DNA of 64,000 bases from Myxococcota bacterium (GTDB lineage: Bacteria > Myxococcota_A > UBA796 > SXON01): NCBI GenBank assembly GCA_040386535.1, contig JAZKFH010000015.1, forward strand, positions 96,001-160,000, written 5' to 3'. The notes under the pieces were generated by a model, which saw only the letters and a list, made by a program, of their open reading frames with translations, ran no database searches and was not told where the DNA came from. This document shows positions 37,201 through 45,829 of this stretch, piece after piece. A program made the translations under genes and the position numbers. The stretch's first letter is position 1; the number at the start of each line of letters is the position of its first letter.

Positions 37201-39081
37201 TCACCGCCCGGTGAGGCGGCCGTACACGGTGGTGAGCACCTCGGGGAGGCGCCGCGGATCGGGGAGGATGTGCCAGGCGCCGGGGCCGAGCATCGGGGGG
37301 AGGTGGTCGCCGGCCACCGCGTCGACGGCGAGCGCGTGGGTGACGACGCCGCGGGCCTCCCCCTCGCGGAGCGCCTGCCGCACGTCGGCCACGCCGTAGC
37401 GGCCCTCGTAGCGGTCGTAGTCGGTGGGTTTCCCGTCGGAGATGAGCAGCAGCAGGTGGCGGTCGGCGTCGGCCTTGGTGAGCTCGGCCATCGCGTGGCG
37501 CAGCGCCGGGCCGATCCGGGTGTAACCCTGGGGGTGCAGGGCCCCGAGGCGGGCCTTGCCGACCTCCCAAGGCTCGTGCCAGTCCCGCACGGTCCACACG
37601 CGGCACCGGTTGCGGGTGTGGGACGCGAAGGCGAGCACCTGGAGCGGATCCCCGAAGCGGTGTGCCACCTCGCCCAACACGAGCACCGCCTCCCGTGCCA
37701 CATCCAACACCCGCCGATCGGCCACCCACGCGTCGGTGGAGAGGGACACGTCGAGGAGCACGGTGGTCGCGAAGCTCCGTTGGCGCCGCAGCTTGCGCAG
37801 GTACACACGCTCCGAGGGGCCGAACCCCGCGCGGCGATTGGCGAGGTCGTCCACGAGCGCGTCCAGATCGAGCTCCTCGCCGTCCCGCTGGGCACGCTCC
37901 GGGGTGCGCCGGGTGCGGTGGATCACGAGGCGCCGGTACAGATCCTCCACCAGCGCCCGGTGCCGGGGGAGCGTGGCGGCCGCCCACGCGGGCTCGCCGC
38001 GGCCCATCGGCGTCGGGTACACGGTGCACCAACCCGGCTTGTAGCGGCCCGCCCGGCGGTCCCACTCGTCGTAGGGGATGCCACGCTCGTCGGAGCGGAT
38101 GTCGGCCACGTCGGGCACGTCCGCGTCGAGCCCGATCTCCGCCTTGAACAGCGACTTCGCGCGCTCCCCCCCGCGGATGACATGCTTCAGATCCACCTCG
38201 TCGAGCGCCTCGAGGTGTTCGTCGAGCTCGTCGGCCCCGTCCATCTTGAGCACCTGCCCGTTGTGCTCCTCGAGGGTCTCCATCTTCTCGAAGGTGTGCG
38301 TGATCACCTTCTCCTTGGCCTTGGCCTCGTCGACCAGCGTGCGCTCGACCTCGTCGGAGGGGCGCGCCTTGCGCTCGGTGCCGGTGGAGGGGGTGGCCGG
38401 GGTCTCGTGCGGGGTGGTGGCGGGCGCGCCGGCGCCGCCGACGCTGCGGACCAGCTCTCCCCACATCCGGAGCGGCGGCCCGGGATCGCCCAGCGGCGGC
38501 GCGGTGTCGACGCCGACCGCCCAAGGCACCGAGAGGTCGAGCGCCGCGGCGTAGAGGGCGGCCCAGGCGGGGCTCAGTGGGAGCGCCTCCCGACGTTCAC
38601 GTTCCAGCGCCGCCGTGCGCACGTGCAGCGCGGCGAACATGGGGAGCTCGGCTACGAGCACGTCGGTGGCGCGGCGGGCCGCGTCGAGGCTCGCGAGGGC
38701 GCGCGCGCCCGGCCCGGTAGCCGCGTCTGGGGCGAGCGTGTCGAGCCCGAGCCGGCGGATGGTGGCGCCCACCGCGACGCGGAGGATGAGCGCGTCGCGG
38801 TTCTCTTCGGCGGTGCCGCCCAGATCGAGCGACTCCGGCAGCAACAGGTCGTTCGCGCGCACCCCGCCGTCGAGACGCGCGGGGACGAGCCGCACGGTCT
38901 CCTGCGCGAGGGCGCGGGCGAGCACGGTGAGGGCGGCGAGCTCGTCCGCGAGGCGCGCGGCCTCGGCGCGGGCGGGTGGGTTCGGGTCGGGACGCACCCG
39001 CTTCCAGAGCGAGAGGAGCACGCCGAACACGCGCCCCTCCCAATCGAAGTCGAGCTTGGGGGGCGCGTCGAACCAACTCAT
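37201..39081 (-). CDS. norD: Nitric oxide reductase activation protein NorD (vWA)
   Basis: YDEWD, DGEELDLDA, LLDVSLSTD, YTRIGPALRHA, SDGKP.DYDRYEGRYG. Confidence 0.9.
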   Translation of the reverse strand: MSWFDAPPKLDFDWEGRVFGVLLSLWKRVRPDPNPPARAEAARLADELAALTVLARALAQETVRLVPARLDGGVRANDLLLPESLDLGGTAEENRDALILRVAVGATIRRLGLDTLAPDAATGPGARALASLDAARRATDVLVAELPMFAALHVRTAALERERREALPLSPAWAALYAAALDLSVPWAVGVDTAPPLGDPGPPLRMWGELVRSVGGAGAPATTPHETPATPSTGTERKARPSDEVERTLVDEAKAKEKVITHTFEKMETLEEHNGQVLKMDGADELDEHLEALDEVDLKHVIRGGERAKSLFKAEIGLDADVPDVADIRSDERGIPYDEWDRRAGRYKPGWCTVYPTPMGRGEPAWAAATLPRHRALVEDLYRRLVIHRTRRTPERAQRDGEELDLDALVDDLANRRAGFGPSERVYLRKLRRQRSFATTVLLDVSLSTDAWVADRRVLDVAREAVLVLGEVAHRFGDPLQVLAFASHTRNRCRVWTVRDWHEPWEVGKARLGALHPQGYTRIGPALRHAMAELTKADADRHLLLLISDGKPTDYDRYEGRYGVADVRQALREGEARGVVTHALAVDAVAGDHLPPMLGPGAWHILPDPRRLPEVLTTVYGRLTGR

Positions 39082-39112
39082 CGCCGCGTGGCCGGCGGAC
39101 GCGTCGGGCCCA

Positions 39113-39913
39113 TCAGAACACCAACGCGACGAGATCGGTGAGGCCCCGGGCGACATCCCGATCGTCCGTGAGCGGCTCGACCACCGCCGCCTGGCACGCG
39201 AGGCGCGGCGGCACCCCGGCCGCGATGAGCCGCGCGGCGTCGATGAGGAGCCGCGTGGACGGCACCTCGGAGAGCCCGAGCTCGCGGAGGCCCCGCATCT
39301 TGCCGGCGAGCGCCACGAGGCGCTTCGCGGTCGCCGGGTCGATGCCGGTCTCGCCCTCGACCACCTCGATCTCCACGTTGGCCGCGGGGTAGTCGAAGTG
39401 CAGCGCGACGAAGCGCTGGCGGGTCGAGGGCTTGAGCTCCTTGAGCCCGCGCTGGTAGCCGGGGTTGAAGCTCACCACGAGGCCGAACCCGGGCGCCGCG
39501 TCGATCACCTCGTCGTGCCGCTCCACGAACAGGCGGCGGCGATGGTCGGTGAGGGGGTGGAGCACCACGATCACGTCGGGGCGGGCCTCGGCGACCTCGT
39601 CCAGGTACAGGATCGCGCCCTCGCGCACCGCGCGGGTGACCGGCCCGTCCTGCCACACCGTCTCGTCCCCGCGCACGAGGTAGCGGCCCAACAGATCGAC
39701 CGCGGAGGTCTCGTCGTGGCACGACACGGTCACCAGCGGGCGGCCGAGCCGGGCCGCCATGTGCTCCACGAGGCGGCTCTTGCCACACCCCGTGGGGCCC
39801 TTCAGGAGCAACGGGAGGTTGCTTCGATAGGCCTGCTCGAACAGCATGCACTCGTGGCCCACGGGGCGGTACCAGGGCAGATCGGGGGGCACCTCTTGCA
39901 TGGCGGGGGTCAC
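39113..39913 (-). CDS. norQ: CbbQ/NirQ/NorQ AAA+ ATPase
   Basis: GPTGCGKS, WQDGPVTRAVR, YLDE, NPGYQ...LKPSTRQRF; GTGA overlap with norB. Confidence 0.95.
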   Translation of the reverse strand: MTPAMQEVPPDLPWYRPVGHECMLFEQAYRSNLPLLLKGPTGCGKSRLVEHMAARLGRPLVTVSCHDETSAVDLLGRYLVRGDETVWQDGPVTRAVREGAILYLDEVAEARPDVIVVLHPLTDHRRRLFVERHDEVIDAAPGFGLVVSFNPGYQRGLKELKPSTRQRFVALHFDYPAANVEIEVVEGETGIDPATAKRLVALAGKMRGLRELGLSEVPSTRLLIDAARLIAAGVPPRLACQAAVVEPLTDDRDVARGLTDLVALVF

Positions 39914-41274
39914 TTGGCCGCCGCCGCTTCGTCCGTCGTCCCGGGGGCCAGCAACATCTCGTCCTTCGGGAGCCCGTGGGCAATGAAGTTCCAGATGTAG
40001 AGGCCGATGCCGGTGGCGAAGAGCGTCGCCGCGAGCGCGAGCCCGTAGAAGTGGACCTGGATGGCCTCCTGCGCGGCGAGAAAGTCCATGCCCATGCGGC
40101 GCTCGAGGTACACCTGGGAGATGCCGGCCACCGCGAACGCGGCGGTCATCGCGAGCATGCCGACGTTGGAGCTCCAGAACGCCCACTCGGCGGTCCAGTG
40201 CTTGTACAGCTTGCGTCCGGTCATCTGCGGCATGGCATACGCGATGATGCCGAGGTTGAGCATGGCGTAGGCGCCCCAGAAGGCGAGGTGGCCGTGCATC
40301 GCGGTCACGAGCGTGCCGTGCGTCCAGATGTTGACCTGGGGGAGCGTGTGGGCGAAGCCGAGGAAGCCCGCGCCGACACACGAGACGATGCCGCACCCCA
40401 CGGTCCAATTGAGGGCGATGCGGTTGTCCGGGGTCTTGCCACCCTTGCGTGCCATCGACACCGTGAAGATCGCCATGCCGAGGAAGGCGAGCGGCTCGAG
40501 CGCGCCGAAGATGCCGCCCAACGCCAACCAATACTCGGGGGCGCCGATCCAATAGTAGTGGTGGCCGGTGCCGAGGATGCCGGAGATGAACGTGAGCCCG
40601 ACGATGACGTAGAGCCACTTCTCGACCACCTCACGGTCTACACCGGTGAGCTTGATGAGGAGGAAGGCGAGGATGGCGCCCATGATGAGCTCCCAGACAC
40701 CCTCCACCCACAAGTGAACCACCCACCAACGGAAGTAGGAGTCGTTCACCTGGGAGTCGAAGGTGATCATGCCCGGCAGGTACAACAACGCGGCGGACAC
40801 GAGCCCCGCGAGCAGCACCACCCCGGTGGTGGTGAAGCGCCGGCCCTTGAGCGCGGTGATGCCGACGTTGCCGACGAACAACAGCACGTTCGCGACGACC
40901 AGGTAGTCGAGCGGGCGCGGGATTTCGAGGAACTTGCGGCCCTCCCACCAGTTGAAGTGGAAGCCGATCACCGCTACGACGCTCACGATCACGAGGCTGG
41001 CCCACTGCACGATCGCCGCGGGCACGCTGAACAGCTCGCGTTCGGCCTCCTCGGGGATGATGTAGTAGGCGGAGCCCATGAAGCCCGCCAGCAGCCAGAC
41101 GACCAGCAGGTTGGTGTGCGTGGCGCGGGCGGTGTTGAACGGGATCCACTCGTGGAGCCCGTCGAACCCCATGTGGGCGAACGCCATGATGAAGCCGTAC
41201 ACGATCTGCAGACCGAGCAGCAGCATGCACGTGGCAAAGAACAGATAGGAGACCTTCTGGGAGCGGAACCGCAT
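39910..41274 (-). CDS. norB: Cytochrome c-dependent nitric oxide reductase, large subunit
   Basis: HTNLL, WWVVHLWVEGVWE, GTGHHYYWIG, ALEPL, HGHLAFWG; 454 aa. Confidence 0.96.
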   Translation of the reverse strand: MRFRSQKVSYLFFATCMLLLGLQIVYGFIMAFAHMGFDGLHEWIPFNTARATHTNLLVVWLLAGFMGSAYYIIPEEAERELFSVPAAIVQWASLVIVSVVAVIGFHFNWWEGRKFLEIPRPLDYLVVANVLLFVGNVGITALKGRRFTTTGVVLLAGLVSAALLYLPGMITFDSQVNDSYFRWWVVHLWVEGVWELIMGAILAFLLIKLTGVDREVVEKWLYVIVGLTFISGILGTGHHYYWIGAPEYWLALGGIFGALEPLAFLGMAIFTVSMARKGGKTPDNRIALNWTVGCGIVSCVGAGFLGFAHTLPQVNIWTHGTLVTAMHGHLAFWGAYAMLNLGIIAYAMPQMTGRKLYKHWTAEWAFWSSNVGMLAMTAAFAVAGISQVYLERRMGMDFLAAQEAIQVHFYGLALAATLFATGIGLYIWNFIAHGLPKDEMLLAPGTTDEAAAAK

Positions 41275-41348
41275 GGGATCCTCCTGAAGTTTGGGTGGGA
41301 GATTCGAAGTGGTAGGCCCGAAGGGCCGAGCCGAAGGCGTGCGGATCG

Positions 41349-42104
41349 TCAGTCGAGCTGCATCAACCAGGTGACGAGCTCGGCGCGGGTCGCGTCGGGG
41401 AGGGCGAGGTTGGGCATGGCGGTGCCGGGCTTGACGGACTGGGGATCCTTGAGCCAGGCGTCGAGCTTCTCCGGCGTGTAGCGCGTCGCGACGCCGTCGA
41501 GCGCGGGGCCGACGGCGCCGCCGGTGCCGCCGACCGCGTGGCAGGCTTGGCACACCTGCGTGAAGAAGGCGGGCGGAGGTGACACCGCGGTGGCCCCGGC
41601 GGTCGTGTCGGCCGGGGTGGCGGTCGGCGTGGTGTCCGCCGTGGTCGGGGTTGTCGCGGCGTTCGCCTCGCTCACCAGGCCGGCGGTGGTCATGTCCGGC
41701 TTGCGAGGAAATCCGTTGGTGTCGATCTTGCCAATCCAACCGAGGAACGCGATCACCTGGGTGATCTCCTCCTCGCTGAAGTCGTACTTCACCATCCGGC
41801 GGCGCCCCGGGTACATCGCCTCGGGATCCCGGATGAAGATCCGGATCCAGGCCTCCCCGCGGCGCTCGACCACCTTGGTGAGCTCGGGCGCGTAGTAGCC
41901 GCCTTCGCCCAGGAGCGTGTGGCAGCCCATGCAGTTGTTGGCCTCCCAGATCTCCTTTCCCTTGACCACGTCGGCGGTCATCTGGTCTTCGTTGGACCGC
42001 GCGGGGACCTGGCGGATGGTGTCGACGGTGAGCCCGAGGAACACCCCGGAGAACAACACCGTGAACCCGATGAAGAACGTTCGTGCTTGTGACTTGGTGA
42101 GCAT
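41349..42104 (-). CDS. norC: Nitric oxide reductase cytochrome c subunit with an extra C-terminal cytochrome c domain
   Basis: One TM; CMGCHTLLGEGGYYAPELT; RRRM; Thr/Ala linker; CQACH...GPAL...PGTAMP. Confidence 0.92.
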   Translation of the reverse strand: MLTKSQARTFFIGFTVLFSGVFLGLTVDTIRQVPARSNEDQMTADVVKGKEIWEANNCMGCHTLLGEGGYYAPELTKVVERRGEAWIRIFIRDPEAMYPGRRRMVKYDFSEEEITQVIAFLGWIGKIDTNGFPRKPDMTTAGLVSEANAATTPTTADTTPTATPADTTAGATAVSPPPAFFTQVCQACHAVGGTGGAVGPALDGVATRYTPEKLDAWLKDPQSVKPGTAMPNLALPDATRAELVTWLMQLD

Positions 42105-42376
42105 TGTGTCTCCGGTAGAAGCGAGGGCGCGACGGACCGAGGCCCGCGCCCGCTCGGCGCCGCGCCCCCCGTCAAATGACGGATGTGTGCGGAGGCGCAG
42201 CCTGTGTGCGGGCGCCCGCACGCGTCCGGGCGGTGGGTGTGGCCGTCGATGCGGACGCGGGGCGCGTGTCGACCCACGGCGGCGCCCCGCGACGCGTACG
42301 CGGCGGCCCGTGGCGCCAGACAGGCGCGAAGTGGGGGTGGAAACGGTCGGGGGGTGGGGGCCACGCGCCCGACCAC

Positions 42377-42392
42377 TGCACGCGCCGTGCCA
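42377..42392 (-). promoter_or_regulatory. Candidate sigma54 promoter for norCBQD
   Basis: Minus strand TGGCAC-GGCGC-GTGCA, about 270 bp upstream of norC. Confidence 0.5.
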
Positions 42393-42440
42393 GCCGCGGC
42401 GTGCGACGCGCGGCGAGCGAATAGCGCGCGAACGAAGCTG

Positions 42441-43952
42441 CTAACTCGCGGTTCGCGCCGGGTCGCCGGGAGACCACGCGGCCGCCAGCCGCTTCGGCGG
42501 CTCGAGCGAGCGGGCGTAGTAGGCGAGCAGGGGAGGGGCGTCGGCCGAGAGGGTGAAGGCGCCCGCGTCGAGCTTCACGAGCCCGCGCCGCTTGAGCAGG
42601 CGGAGCGCGAGGTCGACCGTGCGCTCGGCCTCCTCGGAGGAGCCGATGTCGGCGTCGAAGGCGGCGAGATGGGGGTTGGTGCGGCTGTCCGCGGGGGTGG
42701 GCAGGCCCTGGAACGCGCGGCCCTGGGCGATGGGGCGGCCGGCCGCGCGCCAGGTGTGGAGCAGCTCGCCGACGTGCCGCCGGAGCGCCGACCGGTCCCG
42801 CGCCCCGGCGAGCAGCGCGGTGGCGACCACGGCGACCGGCGTGACGGGCACGGTAGCGCCGACCTCGCCCAGCAGGAGGTCGGCGAGCGCGGCGATGTGG
42901 GGGCGGCGTTCGGTGTCGGGCAGGGCGGCCACGGCGGCGGCGCCGGGCATCAGGTCTTCGAGAAACAGCGGGGCCCCGAAGCTGACGGCGGCGTACCCGT
43001 ACTTGCGGTGGGAGCGGAGCGCGGCGCGGCCGAAGAACGCGCCCACCATCACGGGCGCGCGGAGCAGCAGGCCGCCGAGGGAGGCGAGCTTCTGCACGAT
43101 GCCGGGGGGGCCCTTCTCGCCCAGGAGGTGGCGATCTTCGAGCACGCGGTCGTAGTTGATGCCGACGGGCACGAACGCGATACGACGGCCGGGCTCGGCC
43201 CGCAAGATGCCGACGAGGTAGTCGAGCAGGCCGATGCGCGGCGGCCGGAGCGCGCCGTCCCGCGAGAGGCCCCCTTCGAGAAAGAAGGCGGTGGTGAGGC
43301 CGCGGCTCGCCACCAGCTGGAGGTAGCGCGCGAGGACCTGGTGGTAGAGCGGGTCCTTCTCGCCGCGGCGCACGAAGTAGCTGCCGAACGAGCGGAACAG
43401 GGCGTCGAGCGGCCACACCCGCGCCCACTCGCCGACCGCGTAGGACAGGGCCACCTGGCGGAGCGTCCCCACGGAGAGCACGACGTAGTCGGCGTTGCTG
43501 CGGTGGTTGGCGACGTAGACCGTGACGGTCCCAGGCGGGATGGCCGCGCGGGCGCGGACCAGGGCGTCGTTGTCGAACACCGGCTCGTAGCAGACGCGGA
43601 CGGCGGCGCGGGCCGCGGCGGCGCCGATCTTGTAGTAGGAGAACAGGTTGAAGAAGGGGACGATCTCGTCGAGCCACGCCTCGATGCGCGCGCGGACCTC
43701 GTAGAGCGTCTCGCCCGAGGTGGCCGCCCGATCCGCGGCGAGCCGGTCGATCTCCGGGTCCTGGAGCAGGGTCTGGCGCACCCACACGCGGTCGATGAAG
43801 CGGAAGTGCTCCAGCTGCACGTGGTGGCGGCGCAAGAAGTCACCGATGGAGCGCTGCCACCGCCGCTTGAGCGCGCGGAACGTGGTGTAGCGGGCGGCCT
43901 CGTAGGTGCCGATGGCCGCGAGCACCGCGCCGATCTCGAAGGGGAGGGACAT
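42441..43952 (-). CDS. Glycerol-3-phosphate acyltransferase family protein (PlsB/PlsC-like)
   Basis: NHRSNADY (HX4D), YFVRR, FLEGGLSRDG, VPVGINYDRVLED. Confidence 0.85.
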   Translation of the reverse strand: MSLPFEIGAVLAAIGTYEAARYTTFRALKRRWQRSIGDFLRRHHVQLEHFRFIDRVWVRQTLLQDPEIDRLAADRAATSGETLYEVRARIEAWLDEIVPFFNLFSYYKIGAAAARAAVRVCYEPVFDNDALVRARAAIPPGTVTVYVANHRSNADYVVLSVGTLRQVALSYAVGEWARVWPLDALFRSFGSYFVRRGEKDPLYHQVLARYLQLVASRGLTTAFFLEGGLSRDGALRPPRIGLLDYLVGILRAEPGRRIAFVPVGINYDRVLEDRHLLGEKGPPGIVQKLASLGGLLLRAPVMVGAFFGRAALRSHRKYGYAAVSFGAPLFLEDLMPGAAAVAALPDTERRPHIAALADLLLGEVGATVPVTPVAVVATALLAGARDRSALRRHVGELLHTWRAAGRPIAQGRAFQGLPTPADSRTNPHLAAFDADIGSSEEAERTVDLALRLLKRRGLVKLDAGAFTLSADAPPLLAYYARSLEPPKRLAAAWSPGDPARTAS

Positions 43953-43993
43953 CCGCGGGATTCAACTCCTCGCGGGCCCGCGTGGCAAGCGGA

Positions 43994-44173
43994 TCAGAGC
44001 AGCTCGCCCACCGGGTGCACCGCCAACACGCGGTCTCCCGGCGCGGACGCCGCCGCCGCCGCCTTGCGCGCGGCCTCGACGAAGTCGGGCGCCACCACGG
44101 CCCACACCTTGCGCCGGCCGTTGGACTCGATCTCGACCCGGTACACGCACGACTTGGGGCTCGCGGCGGTCAC
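43994..44173 (-). CDS. Small hypothetical protein (59 aa)
   Basis: GTGA overlap with the thioesterase stop; protein-like sequence VYRVEIESNGRRKVWAVVAPDF. Confidence 0.55.
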   Translation of the reverse strand: MTAASPKSCVYRVEIESNGRRKVWAVVAPDFVEAARKAAAAASAPGDRVLAVHPVGELL

Positions 44174-44631
44174 GACCCCTTCCCAGCAGGAACCGGGCCG
44201 GCGGGGGCGCCGAGGTCGGCACGGTAGGGCGCGAGCTTCTCGCGGAACGCCTCGGTCCACGGGAGGGGCTTGAAGCTGATCGGATCGACGCGGACCACGG
44301 TGCGCGTGCCCGTGGCGTGGTCCTCGTCGTGATCCATCGCGAGGACGCGCATACCGAACGTGAGGCTGGTGCGGCCGAGCTTCTCGACCCAGATGCGCAC
44401 CCGCACATCACTCACGCCGCGGACCGGCCGGAGGTACTCCACGGTGTTGGCGCGCACCATGTGGTACTGGTCCGGGTTGTTGGTCGGGTCGAGCACGGCG
44501 CCCCAGCCGTGGTGCCGCCAGAACGAGCCGATGGTGCGCTCGAACAGGAGCAGGTACCGCGCATTGTGAAGGATCTGAAACGCGTCGAGGTCGTCGAAGT
44601 AGACGCCCATGACGTTCTCGTGAAATCGCAC
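44170..44631 (-). CDS. Acyl-CoA thioesterase (4HBT/YbgC hot-dog fold)
   Basis: VYFDDLDAFQILHNARYLLLFE, VEYLRP, LGRTS. Confidence 0.85.
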   Translation of the reverse strand: MRFHENVMGVYFDDLDAFQILHNARYLLLFERTIGSFWRHHGWGAVLDPTNNPDQYHMVRANTVEYLRPVRGVSDVRVRIWVEKLGRTSLTFGMRVLAMDHDEDHATGTRTVVRVDPISFKPLPWTEAFREKLAPYRADLGAPAGPVPAGKGS

Positions 44632-44733
44632 GCGGCGCCTCCGGAACACTGTTGGCAGGCGATCTATCGCGCTTCCGCCCGGTTTGCAGCACGGAGAGGG
44701 CCGGGGTATCGGGCCGTTCTGCTGGAGTCCCCC

Positions 44734-45111
44734 ATGGCCGAGAAGAAGAAGAGCCCGTCCACCGCCCGTCCTCGGACGATCACGCCCGCGCCCGCCGCGA
44801 GCTCCGGCGTGGCCGCGCCGGTGGTTTCGCACGCTGTCGCGAGCCCCGCCGTGACGCCCCCCGCCGTGGCGCCCCCCGTCGCCCCCGCCGTGGTGGCGCC
44901 CGTCGCCCCCGCCGTCGTCGCCCCCGCCGCCGCCCTCGTGACCCTCGCCGGCCTCGAGGTCGACGAGCGCCCGATGATCCACATGCCGGCGCCGCCCGCC
45001 ACGGTCCCGCACGACGCCATCGCGCGCCGCGCCCAGGAGATCCACAACACGCGCGGCGGCACCGCGTTCGACAATTGGATCGAGGCCGAGCGCGAGCTCG
45101 GCGCGCGGTAG
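44734..45111 (+). CDS. DUF2934 domain protein with an Ala/Pro/Val-rich N-terminus
   Basis: HDAIARRAQEI...DNWIEAEREL. Confidence 0.72.
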   Translation: MAEKKKSPSTARPRTITPAPAASSGVAAPVVSHAVASPAVTPPAVAPPVAPAVVAPVAPAVVAPAAALVTLAGLEVDERPMIHMPAPPATVPHDAIARRAQEIHNTRGGTAFDNWIEAERELGAR

Positions 45112-45126
45112 GGTTCTGCCGTCCCC

Positions 45127-45636
45127 ATGTGGCTCCTCGTGGCGCTCGCCCCCGCCGCCGCCCTCGATCTCGACGGAGATGCCGTGCGGCGCGGCCACGA
45201 CCGCTGCCCGTGGCGCCGGGAGACCTGGAACTACCACGACGATGACGACGGCTGCCCCGACGGCGTGACGGTGCGGATCGTCGTCATCGACGAAGGCGGT
45301 CAACCCGCCGCGGGCGCGAGGGTGAGCGTCACGTTGAATCCCCCGGCCCGTCCCGGCCCGCCGACGCCGCTCTGGTGCCCGCCGGGCAAGACGTGGGACG
45401 CGCTGAACCAGCCGTGGCGGCTGCGACACCGCTACCGGGTCGAGAGCTACCTCGCGCTCGAGGCCCGCGCGGACGACCGCGGCGTGGCCGACTTCGCGGG
45501 CGTGCGCCCTGGCGCGGATCTGACCGTCACCGTGAACGAAGGGCGCGGGCAGGGCACCGTCCAGCTCGTCACGCTTGGCGAGCACATGGTCCTGCAGGAG
45601 CTCACGCTCCATCCGCGGCCGGCACCCGGGAAGTAG
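45127..45636 (+). CDS. Secreted hypothetical protein with one TSP3-like Ca-binding repeat
   Basis: DLDGD...DRCP...E...DDDDGCPD followed by a beta-rich region. Confidence 0.55.
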   Translation: MWLLVALAPAAALDLDGDAVRRGHDRCPWRRETWNYHDDDDGCPDGVTVRIVVIDEGGQPAAGARVSVTLNPPARPGPPTPLWCPPGKTWDALNQPWRLRHRYRVESYLALEARADDRGVADFAGVRPGADLTVTVNEGRGQGTVQLVTLGEHMVLQELTLHPRPAPGK

Positions 45637-45780
45637 CGGGTTGGCAGGCGCGAGGTGCCTGGAGGGCCGCCGGCTCGGCGGCGGGTCCGGCGCCGCTCGG
45701 GGCGCCGACCGAGGCGAAGCCGAAGCCCGGAAGGGACCGGCCCCCGGCGTCCGCGACGGGGGACGCGCCCAGAACGACGA

Positions 45781-45814
45781 AGGCCCCCGTCTCGCGACGA
45801 GGGCCTCCTTCTTT
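45781..45814. terminator. Hairpin between convergent genes, possible terminator
   Basis: AGGCCCCCGTC-TCGC-GACGAGGGCCT followed by CCTTCTTT. Confidence 0.45.
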
Positions 45815-45829
45815 GACGGTCGGGGTCGG

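Noticed and set aside
44840..44935. Repeated GCCCCCGCCGT units as a CRISPR or other array
   Set aside because: Coding low-complexity (P)AVVAP repeats with no spacers or cas genes
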